64,000 nucleotides of DNA from Planctomycetota bacterium. Lineage in GTDB: Bacteria > Planctomycetota > PLA2 > JAEUHO01. Positions within the stretch are counted from its first letter, which is position 1. Each line of letters opens with the position of its first letter. The stretch is taken from NCBI GenBank assembly GCA_965222115.1, contig CBDCTJ010000007.1:2912001-2976000 (forward strand), given 5' to 3'. The notes beneath the pieces were generated by a model, which saw nothing but the letters and a program-made list of their open reading frames with translations, was not told where the DNA came from and searched no databases. This document shows, in pieces, positions 10,049-19,347 of the stretch. A program made the translations under genes and the position numbers.

Positions 10049-13000
10049 GTGACGCCTACTCCGCTCCATAGACCCGCTGGCGTACGCCGTGTTGCCTGCG
10101 CGCTGATCTTGGCATGTTTCGTCGGTAACATGCCGTTCTCGGCAGCCAGCGAAGCGCGCGAAGCCGTAAAGCTGGCGGTGTATCCATGCCTCTCCAGCGA
10201 TGGCGCATTCCTTGTCTTTTCCTGGCGTGACGACATTTGGCAATACACATTTTCGTCGAATCGGTTAAAGCGCATTACGGTCCACCCCGGCCGCGATCTA
10301 CGGCCCTTTCTGTCGCCGGACGATACGCGGATTGCCTTTGTGAGCAATCGCGAAGGCAGTGATCAAATCTGGGTCATGCCACTTGCGGGCGGCGCGCCGA
10401 AACGCGTAACTCGACATACGGAATCCGCCGCGCTCTACGGATGGTATCGCGATGGCGAACACGTTTACTTTCGAAGCCGACGCGATCGACACTGGCGACA
10501 TGGAAGTCGCATCTATCGCACGTCCGTTGCGGACGATGCACAGGACGCCGAGCTTGTATTTGATGCGTCGGCCCGAACCGCCGCTGTATCGTCCGATGGA
10601 AAACGCATTGCGTTCACGCGCGAAGGTGTGGGCTGGATGCGCAAGGCCTACCGCGGGCCGAGCGCGTCTCAAATTTGGATCTACGACACGGAAGCAAAGT
10701 CGTTCGCAAAACTCAGCTCAGGATCACATTCTGAACTCTGGCCATGTTGGCGCGGGCCCGAGCTCCTCTACGTCAGTGATGCCGATGGCACGATGAACCT
10801 TTGGTCCATGAACGCGGACGGCACAAATCGCAAGCAGCTCACTCACTTCAAAGACGATGGTGTGACGTTTCCAACGGTTTCGTACGATGGCTCTGCGGTG
10901 GTCTTTCGCCGTCTATTTGACCTATACCGTCTACCACTAGACAAGAAAGACGCGACACCCACCCGATTGCCCATTGAATACGTCGGCCCGCCCACCGTGG
11001 AGCCGATTGAACGTCGCACACTGACGCGCGCATCCGATGTGGCCTTCACAAACGACGGGCTTGAAATTGCCACTGTATCGGGCGGCGATCTCTTCGTGAT
11101 GGACACAGAGCTCCGCGAACCGGTGCGCGTGACCAAAACACCCGCCGAAGAAGGTGATCCGGTCTTCTCCAAAGATCTCAAATACCTCTACTTTACGAGT
11201 GATGCGGGCGGACAACCCGACATCTGGCGTGCCGAGCGTGTCGATGCCGAGAAATTTTGGTGGCAAAACGAGTCGTTCACGGTGAAGCAAATCACCAACG
11301 ATACTGCGCCGGAGTGGGATCTGCGCGCCACGCCGGACGGCGAACACATTTCCTACGTTAAGACACGCGGGGATCTCTTCCTGCACCACATCAAAGACGA
11401 CTCGCACAAGCGGATACTCGAGAGCTGGAGCGACCCCTATTACGACTTTTCACCCGATGGCAAGTGGCTCACCTACGCCGTCGATGACAACAACTTCAAT
11501 GCCGATGTGTGGATCAAACCGGTGGACGGCAGCAAACCACCGGTAAACGTGTCCATGCACCCCGACAACGACACATGGCCCACATGGTCGCCCGATGGAA
11601 AAATCCTGGCCTGGAGTGGTCGCCGCTGGGGCGAAGAACGAGACATATGTTACGTCTACCTTGTCGAGAAGGACGGTGAGGAGAGCCCTCGCGATCGCAA
11701 GTTGGAGAAGGCCCTCAAAGCCATGAAGGCCCGCAAGAAGGGCAAGAAGAACACGAAACCGTCTTCGAAGAAGGCGGGAGCGGCCACCTCCAAGACATCG
11801 GACAAGGAGAAGCCTGCCACAGCGAAATCCCTTGTGGGCACATGGACAGGTCGTGTCAAGGGCCCCGACCCGATTCCGGCCGATGGTTCAAGGCTTCGCG
11901 TCACGCTTTCCATGAACGACATGGGCGTGCTGGAAGGGACCTTTGTCGTTGTTGATCAGATTGATGAACCGCTCAAGACGTGCGAGTTCAACAAGGAAAA
12001 TGCCAGTCTAAACGCCACAGCAGATACACCGCTCGGGTTACTCACACTACAAGGCACTCTGAAGGACGGCGCACTATCGGGTACATGGTCGATCCAAGAC
12101 CTCATGGATGGCACGTTCTCAATGACCAAATCGAGCAGCTCCAACACAAAGGATGGCGCAAGCAACGCCGCCACCGACAAGCCTGAGTCACCGAAGGCCG
12201 CACCCAGCAAGACGGACGCGAGGAAACCGGGCAACGACAAGCGCGCGTCGAACGAGCCGGCTGAAGAGCCCAAAGCAGCCATGAAGCTCGACCTTGAGGG
12301 CATTGAAGATCGCGTGCGCCGCATCTCCATTCCCAATGCGACGGAGACCTATCTTACGTGGTCACACAACAGCAAGGATCTAGCCTTCCAGGCCACCATC
12401 AAAGGCCAGACGGGCACCTACAAAGTTACGTTCCCAGACAAACTGAAACCACAACGCATTGGCAGCGAGCGCGGCACACACGCCACGTGGATCAAGCAGG
12501 GCGACAAGATTTGCTGGCTCCAGGGAGGCCAACCCGCATCACTGAGCGGCAAAGGCAAATCGAAACGCTACGGGTTTCGAATTCAGGCAAGCACGCATTG
12601 GCCCGCAGTGTATCGCGCCGCGTTTCATCGGTGCTGGCAAACGATCCGCGATCAGTTCTACGATGAGAACCTGAATGGAAAGGACTGGGATGCCATTCGT
12701 GCCAAGTATGCGCCGGGACTCACCGCCGTGGCGACCGTTGGAGAAGTAGATCAACTCATCAACATGATGCTGGGCGAGCTCAACGCGTCCCATATGGGCT
12801 TTCGCTCGATGGTCGCACCCCGTTGGCGCGCCCCGGGCTGGCGCCCCATCACGGGCCACCTTGGGCTCGAATTTGATGCCACGTACGAAGGTGAGGGCGT
12901 GCGGGTCTCGCGCGTCATCAAGGGCTCGCCTCCGGATCAAGCCCGAAGTCGCATTGAGCCCGGCGAAATTTTGCTGTCGATAGACGATATGCCCGTGGAC

Positions 13001-13825
13001 GCGAATACTGAGTGGACCAAAGTGCTCACCCGTGATGTATCCAAAGAGATCACCCTGCGTGTCAAGAACACGAAGGGCAAGATTCGGAACGTTGCGACCC
13101 GCCTCATTACACATGGCGCCTTTCGCGAAAATCTTTACCGCCAATGGATCGAGGACACACGCGAGGCCGTTGACAAAGCCAGCAAGGGGCGTATGGGCTA
13201 TATTCACGTGCGCAGCATGAACTGGAGTAGTTTCCAGAGCTTTGAAGCCGACTTATACAAGGCTGCACATGGGCGGGACGGGCTCCTGATCGACGTTCGC
13301 GAAAACGGCGGTGGATTTACGGCCGATCATCTGCTCACTTGCCTCACCCAACCTCGGCACGCGATCACCGTGCCGCGCGGAGGCGGACCCGGCTACCCCC
13401 AAGATCGCATGGTGTATGCCCGCTGGGATCAGCCCGTTGTTGTGCTCTGCAATCAGAATAGTTTTAGCAATGCCGAGATCTTCGCGCACGCCATCAAGAC
13501 GCTCAAACGAGGGAAGGTAGTCGGTGTACAAACGGCCGGCGGCGTGATTAGTACCGGGGGCAGGCGCGTCATGGGCCTTGGATCTCTGCGCATCCCCTTC
13601 CGCGGGTGGTACTTGACCGAGAGCGGAGACGATATGGAAATGAACGGCTGCAAGCCCGACATCGAGATCTGGAATACACCGAGCGACGAGATCGCGGGCA
13701 ACGACGCGCAGCTTGGGAAGGCCATAGAGGCCCTAGAATCGGAGATTGCTCGTTATAAGGCGCGCCCCAAACCATCCTTAATACCCAAGTCGGCGCGTTC
13801 AAATCCCTCAAAGGGATCTAAGTAG
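10049..13825 (+). CDS. Tricorn-like S41 protease (PD40 beta-propellers, PDZ, S41 domain), exported
   Basis: Repeated SPDG/PD40 motifs, MLGELNASH, DVRENGGG, SFSNAEIF; signal-peptide-like N-terminus. Confidence 0.92.
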   Translation: MTPTPLHRPAGVRRVACALILACFVGNMPFSAASEAREAVKLAVYPCLSSDGAFLVFSWRDDIWQYTFSSNRLKRITVHPGRDLRPFLSPDDTRIAFVSNREGSDQIWVMPLAGGAPKRVTRHTESAALYGWYRDGEHVYFRSRRDRHWRHGSRIYRTSVADDAQDAELVFDASARTAAVSSDGKRIAFTREGVGWMRKAYRGPSASQIWIYDTEAKSFAKLSSGSHSELWPCWRGPELLYVSDADGTMNLWSMNADGTNRKQLTHFKDDGVTFPTVSYDGSAVVFRRLFDLYRLPLDKKDATPTRLPIEYVGPPTVEPIERRTLTRASDVAFTNDGLEIATVSGGDLFVMDTELREPVRVTKTPAEEGDPVFSKDLKYLYFTSDAGGQPDIWRAERVDAEKFWWQNESFTVKQITNDTAPEWDLRATPDGEHISYVKTRGDLFLHHIKDDSHKRILESWSDPYYDFSPDGKWLTYAVDDNNFNADVWIKPVDGSKPPVNVSMHPDNDTWPTWSPDGKILAWSGRRWGEERDICYVYLVEKDGEESPRDRKLEKALKAMKARKKGKKNTKPSSKKAGAATSKTSDKEKPATAKSLVGTWTGRVKGPDPIPADGSRLRVTLSMNDMGVLEGTFVVVDQIDEPLKTCEFNKENASLNATADTPLGLLTLQGTLKDGALSGTWSIQDLMDGTFSMTKSSSSNTKDGASNAATDKPESPKAAPSKTDARKPGNDKRASNEPAEEPKAAMKLDLEGIEDRVRRISIPNATETYLTWSHNSKDLAFQATIKGQTGTYKVTFPDKLKPQRIGSERGTHATWIKQGDKICWLQGGQPASLSGKGKSKRYGFRIQASTHWPAVYRAAFHRCWQTIRDQFYDENLNGKDWDAIRAKYAPGLTAVATVGEVDQLINMMLGELNASHMGFRSMVAPRWRAPGWRPITGHLGLEFDATYEGEGVRVSRVIKGSPPDQARSRIEPGEILLSIDDMPVDANTEWTKVLTRDVSKEITLRVKNTKGKIRNVATRLITHGAFRENLYRQWIEDTREAVDKASKGRMGYIHVRSMNWSSFQSFEADLYKAAHGRDGLLIDVRENGGGFTADHLLTCLTQPRHAITVPRGGGPGYPQDRMVYARWDQPVVVLCNQNSFSNAEIFAHAIKTLKRGKVVGVQTAGGVISTGGRRVMGLGSLRIPFRGWYLTESGDDMEMNGCKPDIEIWNTPSDEIAGNDAQLGKAIEALESEIARYKARPKPSLIPKSARSNPSKGSK

Positions 13826-13900
13826 CAGCCGAGTCTTATCCAATCGGTGTAGTGCGCTCGCGCGCTTCCCGCTTCCTAATGTGTATGGCCGATTCACCCT

Positions 13901-13936
13901 CTCGCGAAGAACGCCTCGCGAAGAACGCCTCGCGAA
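13901..13936. repeat. 14-bp tandem repeat (CTCGCGAAGAACGC), about 2.5 copies
   Basis: Read directly in the spacer between convergent genes. Confidence 0.85.
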
Positions 13937-14025
13937 TTGTCTCAAGGACTACCGGCGACGTCGTAGTGTGAATCGCGCCATACGTAACTCTCGCCATACG
14001 AATCTCGCGCTACACAAAACTCACA

Positions 14026-14694
14026 CTACACGAAACTCACCGTGTCGCGTAGGCGCTTTCGCTCAATGTCCGGCACGCGCGCGTCCTTGGCAGGGTGGCC
14101 AACGACCAACAAAAGAAAGGGCCGTTCGTGACTGGGCCGACCCAGGATCTCCCGCAGAAAGCCCATGGGACTTGGCGTGTGCGTAAGCGTGGCAAGTCCC
14201 GCGTGATGCAGGGCGGCCACCAACATGCCGGTGGCGATCCCCACCGACTCGTCAACGTAGTAATGCTTGCGCTTGCTTCCGTCGTCATTGATCCCGTAGC
14301 GTTCGGCAAAAATCGCGATAAGCACAGGCGCAGTCTCAAGGAACGGCTTGTGCTCATTCGTGCCAAGCGGTCGGAGCGCCTCCAACCACGCGTCGGGTGC
14401 ACGCTGCTGGTAAAACCTTCGTTCCTCCGCCTCCGCGGCCACGCGAATTTTCGACTTGATCTCGGCATCGCGCACGACAACGAAATGCCACGGTTGAAAG
14501 TTCGCACCACTCGGTGCACTGCCTGCTACACGCAAGGCATCATGGATCACATCGTCGGGAATGTCACGCGCGTCGTAGTCCCGCACCGTGCGCCTGCAGG
14601 TTTGGATGTCGCGATACGCCCGAGCACGTGCACACATTTCCTCGTCGCTGTAGTGAGGATAGCCCGCCAAGGCGATTTCAGGGGGTCGGGTCAT
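14026..14694 (-). CDS. Nitroreductase family, iodotyrosine deiodinase (IYD)-like
   Basis: RRTVRD, APSGANFQPW, AEAEERRFY, LGTNEHKPFLETAP and TLTHTPSPMGFL match the IYD subfamily pattern. Confidence 0.88.
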   Translation of the reverse strand: MTRPPEIALAGYPHYSDEEMCARARAYRDIQTCRRTVRDYDARDIPDDVIHDALRVAGSAPSGANFQPWHFVVVRDAEIKSKIRVAAEAEERRFYQQRAPDAWLEALRPLGTNEHKPFLETAPVLIAIFAERYGINDDGSKRKHYYVDESVGIATGMLVAALHHAGLATLTHTPSPMGFLREILGRPSHERPFLLLVVGHPAKDARVPDIERKRLRDTVSFV

Positions 14695-14795
14695 GGCCAC
14701 TCCGCAACGGGGGTTTCGATCGTAGCGCGCAGTTGCGCCCGGCCGTGTCGGCACGCACAATCTACACCTTGTTCGACCGGTTGCGAACGCGGCCA

Positions 14796-16619
14796 ATGGA
14801 GATCCACGTGCGCGAACGCTATGTGCTCGGCGTCAATGCCTATGACCACGACACGAGCGCGTGTTTGCTTCGCAACGGGCAGGTCGTTGCAGCAATCAAC
14901 AAGGAACGCTTGACGCGCCGCAAGAACGACAGCGGCTTTTACGAAGCACCGGCCCTCTATTGTTGCTTGGCAGCGGGCCTCACGCTTGACGACCTCGATC
15001 TTATTGTGCGCAACTCCTATCTCTTGCCGGTCGCGGAGCTGGAGCGTCGCTTTCGCTCCCAATGGATTGCCAACTTGATTGGCGCGCGCGAGCGCCGCCT
15101 TGCGATTGACTCCCCCTTGTTCGGGCTTGCCGCAGAACGTGCGGTCGATGTGTCGCACCATCTCGCCCACGCCTATAGCGCATTTGCGTGCTCACCCTTC
15201 GATCGAGGGGCCGTCATGGTGATTGACGGCGTGGGTGGCTACCGTGGGGACATGACCGAACCCATGCCGGAAGGGAGTGAGGCGCCAGACCTCGCCCGAG
15301 AGTCTGAGTCGTATTACCGTTTTCACGGTTCACACATCTCGCCATTGAAGAAAGTCTGGCTGCCACCGCATCGGGGGCTGGTAAATGACGAGTTCACCCA
15401 GCTGGCTGGTATCGGCGCCTTTTATTCGCGCATATCCGAGTACATTTTCGGCCACTGGAATCGTTGCGGTGAAGTCATGGGGCTCGCTCCTTACGGGAAG
15501 GAGTCACTGCCGCCATTCTTTGAAATCGATGATGCCAATGAACTCCGATTCGCACCGTGGCCCGACACACTCTGCAATCCGTACGACGGCGACTCGGATG
15601 ACGCGTGGGCAAAGAGTCCACACATGAACGAGTGGCGCGATGTGGCATGGCGAGTACAGCGCGACACCGAAAGCGCGCTAATAGCTCGCGCCAATTGGCT
15701 ACACGAACACACGGGCGAGCGAAATCTCTGTATCGCCGGTGGGGTAGCCCTCAACTGCGTAGCCAATGGGCGCATCGCCGCAGAAACGCCATTCGAGAAC
15801 GTTTGGATTCAACCCGCCTCGGGGGACGACGGCATTGCGTTGGGCGCCGCGCTCTACGGGCATCTTGCACTCGATGGTGGATCGCGCGGCTACGTAATGA
15901 AGCACCCCTACCTCGGCATGACCTACGACGAAACGCAAACGAAAAATGCGTTTCGCGCTCGCACGCTAAAGGCCGTCGCCACGGTGAAAATCTCACACGA
16001 TGTGTGCAACGATACGGCATCCCGCCTTGCCCGCGGCGCTGTCGTCGGCTGGTGTCAAGGCGGTTCCGAGTTTGGGCCCCGTGCGCTTGGAAATCGAAGC
16101 CTGCTCGCCGATCCACGTGATCCCGGCATGATGGATCGTCTGAACCGGCGCGTGAAACATCGGCAAGCGTTTCGTCCGTTTGCCCCTGCGGTGCTTGAGG
16201 AACATGCCGCCGAATGGTTCGCAGGTCCCCACTTCAGCCCATTCATGCTCTTAGCCAACGACGTCTTGCCGGAGAAGCGCGCGCGAATTCCTGCCGTAAC
16301 ACACGTGGATGGTACGGCCCGTGTTCAAGTCGTCTCCAAATCGATGAACCCTCGCTTCCACGCGCTGCTCACCGCGTTTTACGAAGCGACGGGATGCCCC
16401 GTGCTCGTGAACACAAGTTTCAACATACGCGGCGAACCCATCGTCGAAACACCGGACGACGCACTGCGCACGTTCCTCGGGACGGGCATCGACGTCTTGG
16501 TCTTTGGCGACATGGTGCTTGAGAAGCGCGCATGGGGTAAGCGAGCGCGTTCGTTCTTTTCCGCCTGGTTTCGGACACGTGATGCCCTCCGCAGCCCTTC
16601 AGCATCTACTCCGCTATGA
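14796..16619 (+). CDS. Carbamoyltransferase (NodU/CmcH family)
   Basis: HDTSACL, HHLAHAYSAF, AGGVALNCVANG, EFGPRALGNRS, HVDGTARVQ and NTSFNIRGEP. Confidence 0.93.
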   Translation: MEIHVRERYVLGVNAYDHDTSACLLRNGQVVAAINKERLTRRKNDSGFYEAPALYCCLAAGLTLDDLDLIVRNSYLLPVAELERRFRSQWIANLIGARERRLAIDSPLFGLAAERAVDVSHHLAHAYSAFACSPFDRGAVMVIDGVGGYRGDMTEPMPEGSEAPDLARESESYYRFHGSHISPLKKVWLPPHRGLVNDEFTQLAGIGAFYSRISEYIFGHWNRCGEVMGLAPYGKESLPPFFEIDDANELRFAPWPDTLCNPYDGDSDDAWAKSPHMNEWRDVAWRVQRDTESALIARANWLHEHTGERNLCIAGGVALNCVANGRIAAETPFENVWIQPASGDDGIALGAALYGHLALDGGSRGYVMKHPYLGMTYDETQTKNAFRARTLKAVATVKISHDVCNDTASRLARGAVVGWCQGGSEFGPRALGNRSLLADPRDPGMMDRLNRRVKHRQAFRPFAPAVLEEHAAEWFAGPHFSPFMLLANDVLPEKRARIPAVTHVDGTARVQVVSKSMNPRFHALLTAFYEATGCPVLVNTSFNIRGEPIVETPDDALRTFLGTGIDVLVFGDMVLEKRAWGKRARSFFSAWFRTRDALRSPSASTPL

Positions 16620-16625
16620 ATGGCT

Positions 16626-17324
16626 CTAGGCGTAGCGCCGCCACAGAGCATCAAACTCTTCACGAAACGCACGTACGAGCTTTGGGTTTGAGGTGAGTAG
16701 TACATTCTCATGATTGCGCTCCGCCGCTGCACGAGTCCAGTTGTAGCTACCCGTAAGGAGCCGCTTGCCGCCAAAGAGCGCAAATTTGTGGTGCATATGA
16801 TCAGGCGTGTGATCTACGGCTACGTCTACACCGCCGCGCCTCAATTTGGCGATGTCAGAACCCGCGTCGCCCCGCTTGTCATTGTCGCTGATCACACGCA
16901 CACGTACACCGCGACGACTCGCCAGCAAGATGCCCTCCGACAAGACATTGTCGGTGATGCTAAATACACAAACGTCGGCACGTTCGCCGCGGTGAAGGGC
17001 TTGAAACTCCTTGAGAATCGCACGGCGGCACTCTTCGCTCGGTGAAAACCAGGCGCCCGCCTCGACGTGGGTCATGGCGACGGCAGGTCGACTCGGGCTC
17101 ACGAGTCGCATGAGGTCTTCCAGCCACGTCATGAGTCGATCGCCAGGAATGTCATCACTATGTTCTCGTGCTAGTCGAAACGCGTGCTTTCGTAGGTGAT
17201 CGATGCCGCGTGGCCCGAGTTCACCAGACTTAAGAACCTCGCGTAGCGCCTTCTTCTCTCCACGTGATAGACGATGATCTTCCAAGCTTGCGGCAAGCAT
17301 CGACTCAAGCGTCGCCACATCCAT
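16626..17324 (-). CDS. Phospholipase D-like nuclease (single HKD-type domain, Nuc/MitoPLD-like)
   Basis: HMHHKFALFGG..LTGSYNWT..NHEN. Confidence 0.85.
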   Translation of the reverse strand: MDVATLESMLAASLEDHRLSRGEKKALREVLKSGELGPRGIDHLRKHAFRLAREHSDDIPGDRLMTWLEDLMRLVSPSRPAVAMTHVEAGAWFSPSEECRRAILKEFQALHRGERADVCVFSITDNVLSEGILLASRRGVRVRVISDNDKRGDAGSDIAKLRRGGVDVAVDHTPDHMHHKFALFGGKRLLTGSYNWTRAAAERNHENVLLTSNPKLVRAFREEFDALWRRYA

Positions 17325-17333
17325 AGGCGTCTC

Positions 17334-18647
17334 CTAGCGGTCGATCAGATTGATGGCGGCGTCGATGGCACGCTGTACACGTTGAATGTCCTCGCGCGTA
17401 AGTTCACGCGCCGCGTCTGAACTTAGCGCCGTCTCGGTTCCCGTGTATGCGCGGCGGAGTGCTGGAAGCGCGGTCTTTGCCGCTTTGCCCATGCGCCCCA
17501 ACCCGCGCGCGGCCTGAAGCACGGCCACCGCGGACGCCGTCGTCAGTGGTGCCGCCAACTCCTGCGTGAGATCGTCCAAGACCTCGTTGACGTCGCCGCG
17601 ACGCTCCCACCGCTTAATGAGTGCATGCACGCGCACAATGGCGCGCTTGCCTGTAGACGCCTGTTTGAGTGCAGCATCGGCCTCATCGCCGATCATATAG
17701 AGAGCGTGCATAAAGCTCCCCACGTGTTCGTCGGAGCATGTGGACAGGCCATTCATAAGCGCTGGCACGGCGGCCGCGCCAATGCCTCCAAGAGCCGTCA
17801 AACACGTGCGCCGCACCAACACGTCTTCGTCGTGAATGCATGCGGCCATGTCGGGCACCGCAGATGCTGCCGCGCCTCCCATGCGACCCAGCGCCATCAA
17901 CGCATACGACCGCACAGACGCCACGTCGTCCTTGAGCGCGCCACGAAGTAACGGCACGTAGGGTACTACATCGTTTCGCTGCAGGCGTTCGCCAAACTCA
18001 AACTGCGAGAATCCGTAAGCACCACTCTCGCGAACAGCGGGATCTGGATCGTCAAACAATGTCGCCAACCACGCGAGGGATTTCGTGTCCTCCACGGCAC
18101 GCGACGTAAGTGTGGCCACCGCTGCGCGACGCGCTTGATTCTGCAGATCGTCGGACGTCAAGGGCGGCGTCCCAGCGCCGGCTAGGGCGCGTAGGCCCGG
18201 TTCAACAAGAATAAAATCCTCCGGCGCAACGCGGCCGGCGGCCTTCGCGGCATCGAGCTGCAGCTCAGGCAGTCGCTCGGGGGCCAAAGAATCTGCGATT
18301 CGTTCGGCGATCCCACGATCCGCCGTTCCGTAATAGTCAAATACCATCATCCCGGCCCAGCGCACATGGTCATTGGATGACTGCAACGCCTCTTGAATCA
18401 GTGGACGCGGATCCCTGCTGTGTTGCAAGAGAGTGAGCATATGCGTGCGGACAAACGTACGGCGTGCGGCCGGGCTCTCGGGAAGTGAAACGAACACCGC
18501 CGGCAAGTCGGCCACACGCTTCGGAGGTGGTGGTGGCGTTCGTTTGGGCCGAACGACATTGCGCTCGTCCCTGGGTCCAACCCAAACAAAGAGAACCGCG
18601 AGGCCGATAGCGACCAAAATGCCCATCGCCATGGATCGAGGCTTCAT
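17334..18647 (-). CDS. HEAT-repeat protein with N-terminal membrane anchor
   Basis: Repeated DDPDPAVRE / LKDDVASVR / DEDVLVRR..ALG motifs; N-terminal TM helix. Confidence 0.8.
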   Translation of the reverse strand: MKPRSMAMGILVAIGLAVLFVWVGPRDERNVVRPKRTPPPPPKRVADLPAVFVSLPESPAARRTFVRTHMLTLLQHSRDPRPLIQEALQSSNDHVRWAGMMVFDYYGTADRGIAERIADSLAPERLPELQLDAAKAAGRVAPEDFILVEPGLRALAGAGTPPLTSDDLQNQARRAAVATLTSRAVEDTKSLAWLATLFDDPDPAVRESGAYGFSQFEFGERLQRNDVVPYVPLLRGALKDDVASVRSYALMALGRMGGAAASAVPDMAACIHDEDVLVRRTCLTALGGIGAAAVPALMNGLSTCSDEHVGSFMHALYMIGDEADAALKQASTGKRAIVRVHALIKRWERRGDVNEVLDDLTQELAAPLTTASAVAVLQAARGLGRMGKAAKTALPALRRAYTGTETALSSDAARELTREDIQRVQRAIDAAINLIDR

Positions 18648-18715
18648 TGGACGAGGACTTTCCGTTGGGTTGGACGCATCGTGAGATCATATCCGTAGTC
18701 GATCGGAGCCGTGCG

Positions 18716-19237
18716 ATGGAAGAGTCCAGTCCAGAAGAACCCAGCTCGCTAGATCGTGACCGCGATGAAACGCGCGAAAAGCACATGCGTGCTGCACTTC
18801 GTGAGGCTCAAAAGGCCATGGGCGACAACGTGGGTGGACCGTTCGGCGCCGTCATCGTTCGTGAGGGATTGATCGTGGCGCGCGGCCGCAATCGCGTGCT
18901 GGCTTCGAAGGACCCCACGGCCCACGCGGAGATCGTAGCCATTCGCGCCGCGGCCGATGCGCTTGGCACACACGACCTGAGCGGCACCACGTTGTTCTCG
19001 TCCTGTGAACCGTGCCCGATGTGTCTCGCCGCGTCGTTTTGGGCGCGAATCGACGCGATCTGGTACGCGGGCTCTCGACATGACGCCGCGGCCATTGGAT
19101 TTGATGACGAGACGTTCTACGACGAGTTCGCGCGACCGCCGGAAGACCGTCACGTGCCCATTCGCCAACTTCTGGGCGAGAAAGGCGCCGAGATTCTCTC
19201 GTCCTGGGGGGAGCGGTCCGGACGGACGCTTTACTAA
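18716..19237 (+). CDS. Nucleoside/guanine deaminase (cytidine deaminase-like fold)
   Basis: GGPFGAVIV, DPTAHAEI and SCEPCPMC zinc motifs. Confidence 0.9.
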   Translation: MEESSPEEPSSLDRDRDETREKHMRAALREAQKAMGDNVGGPFGAVIVREGLIVARGRNRVLASKDPTAHAEIVAIRAAADALGTHDLSGTTLFSSCEPCPMCLAASFWARIDAIWYAGSRHDAAAIGFDDETFYDEFARPPEDRHVPIRQLLGEKGAEILSSWGERSGRTLY

Positions 19238-19347
19238 CGGTGGCTAGCCACTTACACGCGAAATCTCGCAACCCGTGCATCAAGTTGGGGTATCAACAGG
19301 CAAGGCCCCTCGCCATGCCAAGAGTGCTGCGCGACTGGAGTATCGTC

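Noticed and set aside
7066-16619. RiPP or secondary-metabolite gene cluster (TldDE, nitroreductase, carbamoyltransferase, protease)
   Set aside because: No precursor peptide, YcaO, radical SAM, PKS/NRPS or transporter; genes are in mixed orientations
16626-19237. Anti-phage defence island (PLD nuclease, HEAT protein, deaminase)
   Set aside because: The deaminase looks like a housekeeping guanine deaminase and is divergently oriented; no helicase, ATPase or methylase partner
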